A DNA stretch of 63,238 bases, the filler included, from Bigelowiella natans CCMP2755 (Eukaryota; Protista; Cercozoa): assembly GCA_000320545.1 (NCBI GenBank). It is 5 parts of 5 records of this genome, joined end to end, with 100 filler letters (N's around TTAATTAATTAA, not from the genome) between each part and the next. Parts side by side here need not be neighbours in the genome. Positions count along the whole stretch, not along the records: positions 1 to 5,218 come from ADNK01002151.1; positions 5,319 to 31,907 come from ADNK01000864.1; 3 more parts are not named here. One strand, 5' to 3'. This document shows positions 1 through 13,705 of this stretch, in pieces (position 1 is the stretch's first letter; every line of letters begins with the position of its first letter). Position numbers and translations under genes: made by a program. A model generated the notes under the pieces. That model saw nothing but the letters and a program-made list of their open reading frames with translations. It was not told the origin of the DNA and did no database searches.

Positions 1-24
1 CAAGAAGGCGATGAAAGGGAGGAA

Positions 25-95
<71 letters not shown>

Positions 96-251
96 TTAGT
101 CGATTACGTCCTGTTTCACAGAAACACTCGCAACGTAAACGTGAGTAATAAATGTCTTTGTTTCACTTGTGCATGCTACCGTCAGCTGCATCGCCTCCTT
201 CACTTTCGAAAGCCGAGCGTTTATCCTTTGATTGAATCTGCACACACACAA

Positions 252-323
<72 letters not shown>

Positions 324-1265
324 CATCATCTCAGTAAAATCGAAGCAGATATCGGTTTGCTTAAAAGCGACGAGCAGCACTGCAGACAGCCATCATGGCC
401 GCATAGCGAGTGTGACAACAACAACAAAAACAACAATTACATTTTCGCTCGCTCTTCTTTCCGTTTCTGGAAGGCGTCTTCGTCTTCTCGGACAGGCCAA
501 ACCTTTTCATGCAAAGACATTGATATTTGCACGAATAGGGAGGAAAGAGAGGGGGGGGGGGGGGGGTGGGAGAAATACAAACAAGGAAGATACAAGCTCC
601 AGAGCTACTATATATCGCATACACACATACACACACATGCGCGCGCGCACCGCGTGCTCTTCAAAGTCGTCCAGATCAAGATCCGTTTTGTCCGCAAGAT
701 GCTGTGCGGCCTCCAGCGCCTTGAGAGAGCTCCTTATCGACTCCTGTGCGCGACGGTATATCTTCTGCACACGCACGCCCTCCCTCTGAGCTGAGAGCTT
801 CGACCTAGCAACGGTGTGGTGGAAGGAGAGGGGATAGATAATATAGAGAGAGAAATTTGCGCGAGATTGAGCTCCTCCGCGGAGGCAAGTAAGAAAATGG
901 CTATTTGATATATACGATGTGAGGGAATCTTCTCTCCCTCCCCCACTTTATTTTATTTACAGAAATATATGCAGACGACCTCGAGCGTCGGCACAGCGTG
1001 TGATGAGCGTATCTCACGAAGACGTTGCCGTAGTCAGGCAGGAGGAACAGCGTGGCCATCCAATCACATATCAGCTGAAGAAGGAAAAAGTCATGACGAG
1101 GGGGGGGGAGGGAGGCGGAGGGTTGCGGTCAAATAGCTGCTGTTTTTGTACAATATTGCAGTTCTCAAAGAAAAATGATGAGATAAATGATCAATGCTGG
1201 TGGAAGAAAGAGCCTCGTCGGTATACTCCCCTCTCTCTCTTTCCCATTCTTTCTCCCCCCCCCCC

Positions 1266-1300
<35 letters not shown>

Positions 1301-1700
1301 ATACATAGGTCAAAATTGCGCGAAGTGCCGCAGGATTCCTTAGTGAACCCCCGTCATTCTGCGGAGAAATATCAGTGAATTAGCCTCTGTCTTCAATGTT
1401 ATGATGGCCATCTTTACAGCGATTGCAATGGCAATATCATCTCATGTCATTCTGCGGAAAAATATCAGTGAATTAGCCTCTGTCTTCAATGTTATGATGG
1501 CCATCTTTACAGCGATTGCAATGGCAATATCATCTCATCATTTGTAATGCTGCCATTCCTCTCCTCCCCTTTCTCTTTTACTCTCTATTTTTCTCTCTCT
1601 TTCTCTCTCTCTTTCTCTTGACTATCCGTCTGTCCTGTAATCCTAACCGAATCAAACTTTGTCAATCCTAAGATTTCGAGCCAATCGACGGTACCTAAAC

Positions 1701-1745
<45 letters not shown>

Positions 1746-1774
1746 ATATATTATATCTGGGCGTGTGTGTGTGT

Positions 1775-1817
<43 letters not shown>

Positions 1818-1846
1818 TTAGTATCCTAGTTCGCAGCGTGTCCATG

Positions 1847-1883
<37 letters not shown>

Positions 1884-2243
1884 GAGTAATGACTTTTCCC
1901 ATTATTTTGGAGAGTGTCCGGCGCAAAGGGCATCTGGTAGAGCAGCAGCAGCAGCAGCACCTGGTGCCAATGGTTGTGGGAACATGCAGCAGCAGCAAAG
2001 AAACAAGGCCGCATTATTGCAACGTAGAACCAATCACAACGCACTGGGAAGAACAAAGTCTCTCATCACCCTGTTTTTCGCAGAGCGATTGTGTGTATAC
2101 AGTACCAATCGATATGCTGCTGACATTACCCGAAGCTCTATCACTACTTGCTGCTGCTGCTGCTGCTGCTACTATTACCGCGAAGTTGTAGGCCTGGCAA
2201 AGCTCCCAGTACATAAGCCGCCTACGATGACGATACCGAGGGC

Positions 2244-2278
<35 letters not shown>

Positions 2279-2920
2279 GTATGATGTTGAGAAGTAATAA
2301 TGATAGACATATTTTGTTGTTGTTTGTTGCTTGGAAAACTTCGCTCAGCTGTCTACTCTTCCTCTCAGAGAGAGGGGGGGGGGGAGCGAGAGAGACGAAA
2401 CAAAGAGAAAGAGGGGAAAGGAATAATACGCGAAGGCGTAAAGTCTTTCGCCAGTGCTTTACCATTTTCGGTTGAAGAGAAGCTACAAGAAACATAACAC
2501 TGCCACTACCACCACTACTACTACTACTACTACTACTTTGAGGCATGTTGCCGTCCGATGTATTCAGTGACTTTTCGTCTCAGGAACGATAACGATGCTG
2601 CTACGGACGATGATGATGCCCGGTCATGATCTCCTCTATCTTTCCTATCATCGCCCTGCTTGTAGTCCCTGTTTCGTGAAGAGCTACTCGCAGTCTCCTC
2701 TTGCTCCTCCTCCTCCTCCTCCTCCTGCTGCTGCTGCTGCTGGACGGCAGCATTCCCAATGTCGCCATCAAACAACACGTGCTGTTCTCTCTCCTCGGAG
2801 AAGTCATCGAGGTGCTCGTGCAAGTCTTTGGCCGCCAACGCGACGGATAGAGCAAAGAGAACGACAGGGAGCGATAGGACCGACACCTTTTCAATGAGAA
2901 ATAACGGCATATTTGATCTC

Positions 2921-2957
<37 letters not shown>

Positions 2958-3552
2958 GTGTGTGTGTGTACTTTTCCCTCCGCTAATTTGCACCCCCTCC
3001 TCCCCCCTTCCCCCTCCCTCCCCCTCCCTTCATCTTATCAGTCAACTACGGGACTAACACAGGCACGAATGTAATCACCCCTGTAAGAGCAATGATAGCA
3101 ATGAGCAGCACAGCAGCTGCTCGATCAGACGTGAGAAGAAGAGTGACGTATTTCGCCGTCGTTGCCGTCTTCACCGTCTTGTTGATCTGGCCTTCTTCTG
3201 GAGCTGCCGCACTCGAGCCCATGCTGCTATGGCGGAGGTCACGGTGACCTTAACACAGAGAGGGGGAGGGAGGAGTAGTTTGTTGTGCATAGTCTCCAGC
3301 TGCTCGATTCAGTATGCCTCACCATCATCATCATCACCACCACCATTATCATCATCATCATCATTGTTGTTGTGCAGCTTCTCCCACGTGCTGGTTACTC
3401 TTTCTCGCTACTCCCTACACAACTACTATCAGCAAGCACTCACGTGTTGTGGCGACTGAGCGGGATGCAATCGCAAGGAAGAAGAACGCTGCAATGTCCC
3501 ACAGCAGCTGCCCCTAAGACACGCATGCAACGGTCACAGATGAAATTCAGCA

Positions 3553-3608
<56 letters not shown>

Positions 3609-4122
3609 TTGTGTGCGCCACGTATATGGCTAGTGTGGATGGAGATAACACGGACTGGAGAGTATGTTCCAAGAAGAAAGAATCGGTTGTAATTGTCCCC
3701 GTAAAAATCAGCCAGAGTGTCGTATTCAGATTCTATAGGTTATTGTTGTTGTTATTGTTACTATTGTTGTTCAGGAGGATTATGATGATGATGATGATGA
3801 TGACGATGATGATGACGATAATTACAACGATGCAGCTCAGAAGACGAAGATCGAAAGAGAAAAGAGCTATGGAAAGACCATGCTGTAGACACATCACATG
3901 ATGAACTGTTGACCCGATGATTGGGAAGCTGGGGGAGGGCCAGCAAGGATGACATATTGAAACAGAATCGCAGCGAAAACCGTCAATTCAAGAGACATCC
4001 TGGAAGAAATTACCAGATCATTGGGGGGGTGGGGGAGGGGGAAAGAGAAATTCTCATTCGTAATGATACGCTAAAGGTAAAGCATATATCAAATGACCTC
4101 GCAAACATCCATTACACACACA

Positions 4123-4157
<35 letters not shown>

Positions 4158-4503
4158 CAACGAGCGACCCCAACCATGCCCCCTCACCGCCATTCCCACC
4201 GTCGCACCAACAAATTTCTCCTTCATCAATACTATCCTCTCTTCTCTCGGCACGCTTTGGTATAACCATGACCCTCCCCCCCCCCTCCCCTCCTTCCCCT
4301 CCCCTCCTTCCCCTCCCCTTTCCCCGCCCTGCAGCTCTACCATGCGTATTTGAGCATCGTTTCCGACGCCCACACTCGCAGGGAATAAGCTGCCAACAGA
4401 AGGAACACGACGACGGACACGATGTTATGGCGGGCCAGCGCCATCAGCAGCACGCTGAGAACAGCCGATTCGATCATCGCCTTCTCGTAGACCCAGATTC
4501 CTG

Positions 4504-4545
<42 letters not shown>

Positions 4546-5054
4546 AACGATGGCGATGACGCAACTCTAAAATAGGTAGAATCACCAGCTTTCCAGATCG
4601 AGCTCCATATCACGACCACCAGCCGTAGCAGCGCTCGCATGCAGCCCCAGAGGCACCCGTACAGGGCACGAATATTCCACGAAGAAGAAGAAGAAGAAGA
4701 AGAAGAAGAAGAAGACGATGAAGAAGAACTCATGCTTTTCCCTGCTGAAAAACCTGTATTGTGAACGACATTGCTTCCCCGTTGTCTCCCCCTCTTCTTT
4801 CGTTCCGCATATTGCTTGTCATCCTTCCCTTCTGTTTGACCTCTTTCTGCCTCTGCTTTCTCTCCTACCATACTGCCCTGGTCTAGGGCACCTGGAGATG
4901 GTGGGTGATACGTATCATCGTCGTCGTCGTCATCGTCGTCGCCGCCATTGTTGCCGCTCTCCGTCCTTGGGAGCAGGAATGGTCTCAGCTCCTCCTCCGA
5001 CAGCTGCTGCAAGCAGATAAAGGCAAGAGCGTTATAAGGGGGAAGGAGAGAGAC

Positions 5055-5094
<40 letters not shown>

Positions 5095-6032
5095 GATAAT
5101 CTTTTCCAGAACCACAATTATTTCAATAGCAACATTATGCACATCCCATGTATTTTTAATGTTTGTGTGTGTGTGTGTGTGTGAGTGTGTGTGTGTAGTA
5201 GATGTAGTTGTTGTACTANNNNNNNNNNNNNNNNNNNNNNNNNNNNNNNNNNNNNNNNNNNNTTAATTAATTAANNNNNNNNNNNNNNNNNNNNNNNNNN
5301 NNNNNNNNNNNNNNNNNNGCGCTGGGTCCCAAGCGTAATTCGTAGTCGATGTTGTGTGTGGTGTGGTTGGAAAATAATCAGGTGATGGGAAATCGGCTGC
5401 CAGCTTTTGTTGTTGAGGTCATATCGCCCACCCGATGAAAAGGCTAGTAATGTAGTAGTAGTAGTAGTAGTAGTAGTAGCAGTAACAGCATAAGAGCCGT
5501 TCCCAACCACCTCTCCCCTACACAATAGGAAGCATAGATACATATTGTCCAAAACCTGCATAGTCTTCTTATCTCTATGGTACCGACTCGTTTAATCTCG
5601 TGCGAAATCCAGCAGCAGGCCCAAGCAGCAGGGCTGAGGGAACTTCTGCTGCAGCGGCAGCATCAGAGAGGTGAGAGAGAGAGTGTGAGAGAGAGAGAAA
5701 GAGAGAGAGGAGGGAGAGAGAGAAGGCTATAGAAGATTCGAACGAGGATGAATTCGTATGCAGACAAAACGGAGAAAGACCAAGTATGGGGATAATGATG
5801 ACATAACAATACGTGAGAAATAGCACCACCTCTCTCTGAGGAAGGCGATGAGTTGCGAGACGATATTTTTACATGATGTGCTCCTATGAAAAGAAATATG
5901 AGGAGATTCGACTAAGATCATTAATATCCACAGATGATATCTTCGCTAGGATGTATTCATTTGATTATTATCATTTGTATTTGCTCTGGTCCTCCTTCTT
6001 CTTCATCGTCATATGCGGCGTAGTTGTAGTTT

Positions 6033-6064
<32 letters not shown>

Positions 6065-9000
6065 ATACGTTGCCTCGAGCTACTTCGGGCTCTCCGCGGC
6101 CTGGAGGGGTGGAAAACAAGCACAATCTGTTCAGAGAAAGAGAACGATGATTATTCAGCAAAATAAAGTCTTCCTTGCCTCTGTCTGGAGGATATGCTGC
6201 CGCTGTTAATGTTGTTGATGCTGTTGTTGTCGAGAGAACCTGATGGGTATTCAATAAGCAAGTTTGCCGCAGCTGCTGGTGATGGATGCAAGTCGTAGTA
6301 TCTGTTATCTCTATGTGGCTAGAAAGCGGTTCGGAATAATGTTTGCTCTGTCATACTCTCAGTGTTGTTGGATATTATTATGATTCTAACTCTGCAGGAA
6401 GTGTAGCATGATCTTCGTTGTGCGAGCGTTTCGCACCTTTTATTATTAGGGTTTGGGGGTTCGGGGAAGTGAACGACGGGCTGATGACTCCCCGGTCAAA
6501 TCTCGCCTAAAAATGTGTCCAAAGCAGAGCAAACAAGAATAGAGGGGGAAGAAGAATAGTGCGAGAATAATGAGGAGGGTATCCCAAAGATATATTGAAT
6601 TTTGTCGCAGTGTCTGTCCGCAGCCACGAGAGCGATGATAGACGGTGGGTACACAGAGAGACAGTATAAACATCATATATAGGCAGAAATAGCAGTAGTA
6701 GTAATAACAGTAGCAGCGCCAACGTCAGTCGTTCTTGCAGCAAAGATTACAGAATCATCAGGACCACGTATATACTAATACGTGATAGAGATGCAGCACC
6801 TCCTCCTCCTCCTCCTCCTACCACTACGACTACTACTACCATATCAGCGGAGTCTAGAATAGGTGGTAGGAGTGCAGGGGCTAGATGGAGGGGGAGGTCG
6901 GCATTATTGGGGTCGAGACAGAACTTATTGCCCATACGGCAGCTCGGAAATGGGCGAAAATGTGTGGAGGGCGCTGCTGCTGATGTGCCTGTATTTGACG
7001 ACGACGACATGGAAGTCGTAGCTGAGGTCGAGGGAGGAATTAAACTCTTCTTCTTCTTCTTCTGCTTCTTCTTCTTGTTTCTTTTCACAAAATAACTGGT
7101 TATGGAGTGAAGCTGGGAATCAGGATAGGGGTGGGGCCCATGATTTGCCATGTTGATGCTACTGGTGCTGCTGCTGTTACTGTCGTTGGGGGATAACAGG
7201 GGCTGGTGGCTTGTAATTGTAGTTCTCAGTTTTCCCTCCTCGATACGGTATGGATTCGCAAACAGCCTGCAGGAGAAAGAGAATAGATGGAAAATACCAA
7301 TGAAAAGACAAGCCAATCGACCCATTACAAATGATCACATGCTCCAACGACAATCACTGAAACTGAAAGGAGGGAGGGAGGGGGGGGGGATGAGCGTTCG
7401 AAATGACTTGGAACAAATATGCAGATCTTAAACAGTAGTTTGCAATATGACGCGAATCGTCTACTCGATATGTGAATCATCATCCTCATCCTTCTCACTC
7501 CTATCATCAATAAGATCGTTGTCGTCGTCATTATCATCATCATCATCATCTACTACTACTACTACTCCTAATACTACTACAACAATAATTCAATCGTCTC
7601 CTCATTAATATCTCCCACACCCTTGCGGCACGTAGTCATGGTAGTCGTAGAAGGATATAGCCGCCTTTTTAAAAGCACAAGCTGTCAGTGCTAGCGCAGA
7701 AAGAATAGGGCACATCAGAAGCTCCATCGGACACGTTGTTGTTCTTTGACATGCAAAATAAAGGAACGAGCGAATGCCTACCCATCGGGGAACAAAGCAA
7801 AATATAACAGAGGACCCACGAATCCTTGTCCACTCAGAGAGAGGCTAAGCAGCGGGTATTAATAAACAGCAGCAGCACGTTATACGATGGTCATCCTACG
7901 GCTATGATATCCCCTTTCCCCCCCCCCCCCAACTGTTCTTACTAACAACTCTTTTAATATGGTAACAAAATGTTCCTTGCTCGTATTTGTGTGTCTTCTA
8001 TGATAGGTGTTTGTTTATGCGCACCGTTGATGAGCTCCATTTGCGATTGATACCGTTGTTGTTGTTGTTGTTGAGGCCATTATTCTGGAAGTACGTGCTA
8101 CTCCATAGATGGCATAGCAGCGACATTCAAATCGGTGGTGAAAAGACCATCGAAGTCAATTAAACGTCAGTACTTTTTGCAGATACACTATTTTTTCTTC
8201 TTCTTCTTCTTCGTCTACATGGCCACATCACATTCATATTCTCGTACCGAAGGGAAGACTCGCTATCACTCGAAACCATGGAGTCTCTACCACAATTCAA
8301 TAGATAGATGAACAAATCAATAAATCAATGAATCAAGAAATCAAGATATCAACAAACCAATCATGTGAAGAATAGGAAGATACTAACACTGGATTATTCC
8401 ATCACAACTTTCCTCTTCAACATCCCACATCGCTGTAGTATACGTCTCCAACTCTACCATCATCATCATCATCATCGTCATCATCATCATCATCATCTAT
8501 CCAGACAAGTATGACCGGCTGGTGCTCCTTAGTCTGAATGGAATCCTACGATGTTGCGGCGAGGCGTAGTTTGCGTCGTCAGCGGAAACACTACGGCCTC
8601 CAAGCCCGGGTCGCCGCAGAAATGATGGATGATGTTGGGATCCTCCTGGTGAGGGATGTGATCGACGATGATTGCACGGCGATGATAGCGCGGTGATGAT
8701 GATAATGATGATAATGATGACGATGCCGGCGACAACATAAGTAGGTGGGTGGATCGAATGGGTATCATAATGTTTTTGGCTGCTCCAATATATCACTGAT
8801 GATGTTGTATTTAGCTAGTATTTATTAGGAGAGTGAGTTTGTGTGCATATACGTGTGTGTGTGTGTGTGTGTATTTGTGGTCGCTCGTAGTACTAATAAT
8901 ACTGTTCTTTGAGCTTTTTGTACCTCCTCTCACCCCCCCTTCCCCCCCTCCGCCTCCTTTATATCCAAAGTCGGCCAAAGGGGCACTTTCATCAGCATTC

Positions 9001-9182
9001 AGATCCAGAATCGTGGTGGCCATATATTATCGAGGTGAAGACAACAGAATAGCAAAAGGTAGGATGGGGTAAGAGGTAAATGTTGGTGGTGGTGGTTGAC
9101 ACTGAAAGCTGTGATAAAAGGAGAGCTAAGGACAAAGCTCAAGCAAAATAACATAACCCTTTAAAGTGTACGGTCGGTTTAA

Positions 9183-9222
<40 letters not shown>

Positions 9223-12103
9223 GTATATATTCAAATATGTGTGCGTGTGAGTGTGTTTAGGCCAACGACCCATATCTCGAGGCAACGGTACTGCTATTCG
9301 CTGCTGACAATTGCTGCTGGTGTTGTTGTTGTTGTTGGTATGGCTGCCGGAGCTGGTTATAAATATCTGATTGGGCTGGGGACGTGACGCCGCTACTATT
9401 GGCAGCAGCTGCTGCTACTGAAGATGGAGATTGCTGCTGCTGTTGTTGTCTGCTACTATTGCTACTAGAAAAACCAGGCGTTTGTGGGTACTGCTGGTGA
9501 GGATGTTGCGATGATGACGATGAGGATAAGGAGGCTGGCTCGTTGGTGTTACGAGTGGTGAGGAACAGTACGCAACGGTAGAGAGGAGGTCGGGCAACGG
9601 AGACGATATCCACGATAATACCTTGGTACAATTACCAGCATCAGCATGGCGGAGAATAATAACAACGACAATAGCAATGAAGACAGTAGTAATGAGGATG
9701 GTTATTTGTTCACTTTGTAACAAAGACAACAACGAGAAGTAAGGCGCTGTATTATAAGTATAATCGCAAGAATATTGCAGCTGCCAGTAGGAAGAGAGCA
9801 GAAGCAGCAGCATTTTGGTCGAGCACATTAATAACAATGACAATGATAATAATAATAATAACAACAACAAATACCGTTATCGTCCATCCGAACATCAGTG
9901 AGCTGTGTGAGCTCTCGATCCACATAGAATTGCCCCGTACCGGCGGTCAAAACCATGATATTTTGACCCGTTCTGGTGAGAGAAATTGTCGTGTGTGTGT
10001 GGTATATATGTAGCAGTTTGAAGTATGATCTTACCTTTTGAGCGCACGGTTGAAGTAGTGTCGTTCAAATTCAGCCAATACAAGGTTCACAGACTCCACC
10101 ACGTTGCCCTACACAGCACCAGGAAAAACCAAAAACAACGGGCAGAAGAAATCACAATCAAAAAGATACATTCCGTGTTGACAACGAAAAAAGGTAATCA
10201 TTTCAATGACAACCGTCTGCCAATTGGATATCGATGCACACACACACACATACACACACACCATACACATACACACAAAAGCATAAGCACGTATTTACCA
10301 CCACTCATGGACGATAACAAACTACTACAGCAGCAGCTATTCACTCAATTCTTCGTTACTTTATCAGCTGTTGATGGGCCTCCAACTAAACCCGTATGGG
10401 CGTCGCTCTCACCCCTATTTATTATTTATTACCCCAACAACAACAACAACAACAACAACATCATCAAGAAGTCATCAGCTTCCTAGAGTAGTACATGCAG
10501 GGTGCTCTGTAGCATGTGGTTGATGATACACCTGTATGTTTCTCTCTGTCTGTCTATCTGTTGATTGTACTTCTAGTACATACCACTTCAAGCTCTTTGG
10601 CCAGTCTAGAATTGTCTGTCGGATCAGCTTTAGGGCGCTTTTGATGTCTTTCGCTGCGACACCACATATCAAGATTAATGGGACGACAACGACGACGACA
10701 CGACGACGACGAGAAGCGAATGAAAGAGAGAGAGAGAGAGAGAGAGAGAAAAAGAGAGAGATCGAGGATGAGTAAAGATGATGCAGCAACGTTGTTATCC
10801 TTCATGGTTCTACATCGGATGAAATTCGTTTTGCTATTTTTGTTGAGAGATGTTGGCGCTCTGCAAGCGTAGCACTGCACGTACGATTTCCGTCCATATT
10901 GCGCTCCAGAATGACGCGGTAGTGGTCCTGTTATTATGATAATGATTCACATACGTACCCACACCACCAGCAAATATTGGCAGTCGTATGACGATGGTGT
11001 AGGAGAGGGAGTTGAAGAATTGTAATGCTATTATGCATTTGCTGTTCTGGCGACATCAATACTACCATCATCATCATCATCATCATCATCATCACCACTT
11101 TTTACTCACCTTAAATAGATTGCCAAACTGATCTTCACTAACGACATGCTCCGGGGATACCAACTCCCTATCTCCCTAATCAGCATGGCAGTAGTGATGA
11201 TCACGATCATGATAATGATGATGATGACGATGATAATGATGATGATAACGAAAACAAATAAGCTTTCTGGCCAAACTGCTGCGATTGAACATGATGTGCG
11301 AGAACGACAACGACAACAACAACAACAACAACAACAACATACTATCATGATGATTACTATTGTTGATCTACTACTACCTTTGGTTGAGATTCTGGGGCTA
11401 GCGGTGGCCCCCATTGCCCTCTGTATGCTCCTACGAAAGAAAGGAGGAGGAGAGGGAGAAGAGGAAGAACACCAAAATTAGCACTACGTTGAATACGATA
11501 AACGCGCAATTATGAAGTGTAGCAGCTACTGCTTTATTTCCTCCGTGTAGTTGGCTTGTGACAGGCGGGGGCGATAGATGAATTGCTTCTTCCTCGCTCT
11601 CATTGCTATTTCTACTACCCCTTCATTAGCTTCATTTGGAGTACTACTACTACTACTACCACTACTACTCTACTACTACAAGTGCTCATAACCTTCTATT
11701 TCATAGATCGTGCGGCCGAAAAGAACAACGCTAAGCGCGTGTGATACCCCTGAAATGAAGAGACGATAGCTGTTAAATGGGTGAGGGACGGCAGAAGGTG
11801 AAGGGGGAGCACGGGTTGGGGCCATAAGCATCTTATTCTACCGGCAGCACGCCATTTATCCAGCAGCACTTTTAGAAAGACGATCTACGAGAAGTAAGAT
11901 TTAGGCTATGCTAGTGTTAAGCAACCAACTGTGCTCTATTACTGCAGCAAAAAACAGCAAACAACAAATAAAGCAAGCGTGCAGCACAAACCATCTTTTC
12001 GTAGTATTGCTCTCCATCATCAGCGCAATCCCACATCCTGCAGGTGAGAAAGAGCATTATGGATTGATAGGTGTTAGAGATGTCACTCTATTCCTTCGTT
12101 TGT

Positions 12104-12145
<42 letters not shown>

Positions 12146-12400
12146 AGGGATAACATACTCGGCTGAAATCTGAATTAGCCAGAAAAGCCGAGCAGACCTG
12201 ATTCAAAAATGGTCCATCCAACAACAATAGCAACGACGAAAACGGCAAGGAAGAACGAAGGCAGAGCAATGGCGATGACTTTAGCTATTGCCATAGGGAT
12301 ATGCATGAGGATATGGAGGAGGAACCTGGATCGAAATTGCACTTTCGTCTTATGCGTAACTCTGCCCGACATTGTCCTAGTGTGTTGCATGGATAGGTGA
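1..12400 (-). CDS. Large multi-exon polytopic membrane protein, probably a Piezo-type mechanosensitive channel (partial model; interrupted by a gap; may extend beyond the left edge)
   Basis: Many short minus-strand exons lie between microsatellite-rich introns and encode hydrophobic helices: IAIALPSFFLAVFVVAIVVGW (~12200-12300), GFVGPLLYFALFPDG (~7785-7825), LWDTLLIILALFFFPLY (~6540-6590), KAMIESAVLSVLLMALARHNIVSVVVFLLLAAYSL (~4380-4485), QLLWDIAAFFFLAIASRS (~3455-3510) and LICDWMATLFLL (~1040-1075). These are followed by a charged helical segment (QREGVRVQKIYRRAQESIRSSLKALE, EDAFQKRKEERAK). The pattern resembles Piezo transmembrane repeats and beam. The assignment is by motif resemblance only, and both ends are approximate. 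Confidence 0.45.
1353..1538. repeat. Tandem duplication, 2 x 93 bp, near-identical
   Basis: gtcattctgcgg(a/g)...aatatcatctcat occurs at 1353-1445 and again at 1446-1538, with one visible mismatch. Confidence 0.95.
5219..5318. other. Assembly gap with TTAATTAATTAA linker
   Basis: 44 N + ttaattaattaa + 44 N. The linker places stops in all six frames, and the same structure occurs four times in the window. Confidence 0.97.
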
Positions 12401-12695
12401 GTACGAGTATTCATTTCCACCCTTCCCCTTGTCATATTGTCACCTTTGTTGCTGTTTCATGAGCAGCATGACTTTTGTTCGCATTCCTTTTCAGAGTACA
12501 ATTTGTCACACAATGCGTAGATAAAGAATGCAATGTATATTGCACGAGGGGCTTGTTGTTTTTGTTATACCCTGGCATTCGATTAGCTTCCCCTTGTGGA
12601 CCATTTGCCCTTGTAACGCCTACCAATAAAAATAAACGAAGTGAGTATCATCTATACATGACTGATTGCGCGAGAACAACATCACCAACTCATTA

Positions 12696-13450
12696 TTAAG
12701 TTTGCTCCAAGTCTATTAGCATGAGGAGTACCGCAATAAGCTGAAGTTTCTGCCCTTTCCAATGTACTGGCCTTTGTAAAGCTGAAGATCGATTCAGATA
12801 TAAGAAAGGATAGGGAATCTGATCATTGTGTTTGAAATCACCACTTCTACGAAATCCAAATCGGCAGCATCTGAGTCTTTCTCCAAAATTGAGACGTATA
12901 CCTGTGACATGTATGTTAACCAATATTTGAATATATATATTGATAAAAAAATAACGACAAATTCACATCATTTTTGTGTATTCGTTGCTGCTGTCTCCGA
13001 CTTTCTTGCCATGCTTGAGAGATGGGTGCAGCCCAACTATGCTTTTTGAGATACTGAGCTGGAGAGAAGGCTTCGAGCTACACACTCCATCAACCTTTCC
13101 GAAATTTATTGGAACGTGCCGTGAGTGTTAAAACAATCCCGCTATTTCAGGAAGGAAATCGATGGTCTTACTCGAACATAGAGCGATGGTATCTGCTCTC
13201 CTGGATACGAGCGCTGATATTCAACATGAAATTTGAGTGCATTTGTCGCAATTCGAATACTTGCATGCTTCATACCCTTAGAGACCCAGATGAAGATATC
13301 TCCAAGATGTCCCCGACTTTGACCTAATCGAAATCACATTGAGAGTGTTGCAAACATCCCAGAGGTTCCATCTATGTCGAAAATCGTCGACGGTTTCGGA
13401 ATGGGCGCCTAAGCGGCGTTGGGATTCACTCACCCCGGAAAGGTAGTCTC
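12696..13450 (-). CDS. Possible small multi-exon hypothetical protein
   Basis: Protein-like minus-strand segments bounded by GT/AG, e.g. VKVGDILEISSSGSLR (~13275-13325) and VYVSILEKDSDAADLDFVEV (~12842-12901). No family recognised; boundaries uncertain. Confidence 0.25.
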
Positions 13451-13705
13451 GATTGACTATGACATCCCTTCTCTTGCCTAAAGCCGTTCTGTGTTCCTTT
13501 ATCTCCAGCCTGTGTTAGGCCGACAAGAAATGGTAGAGTAAGTTCGGAGCATAATCGAAACCCGTGGCAACCACGTTAGGCTTGAGGATCTAATGCTTTC
13601 ACCAATGTCCCAACCCACCACTACACGAATTCGTAGATCGTCCAAAACACTAAGTTAACCACTAGAATAAAAGCAGGCGATTACTCGACAAGCCTCCTCG
13701 CCGGC

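Noticed and set aside
350-415. CGHDGCLQCC RING-finger-like peptide on the minus strand
   Set aside because: It lies mostly in a probable intron ending ctgcag and lacks the remaining RING ligands.
96-5117. ORFs with poly-HT, CV, YI, ER, LS, M, Q and H tracts throughout the window
   Set aside because: These are translations of intronic microsatellites.
5263-5274. TTAATTAATTAA palindromic motif recurring four times (also 31952, 47262, 57515)
   Set aside because: It is always centred in exactly 44+44 Ns, so it is an artificial scaffold linker with stops in all frames, not biology.
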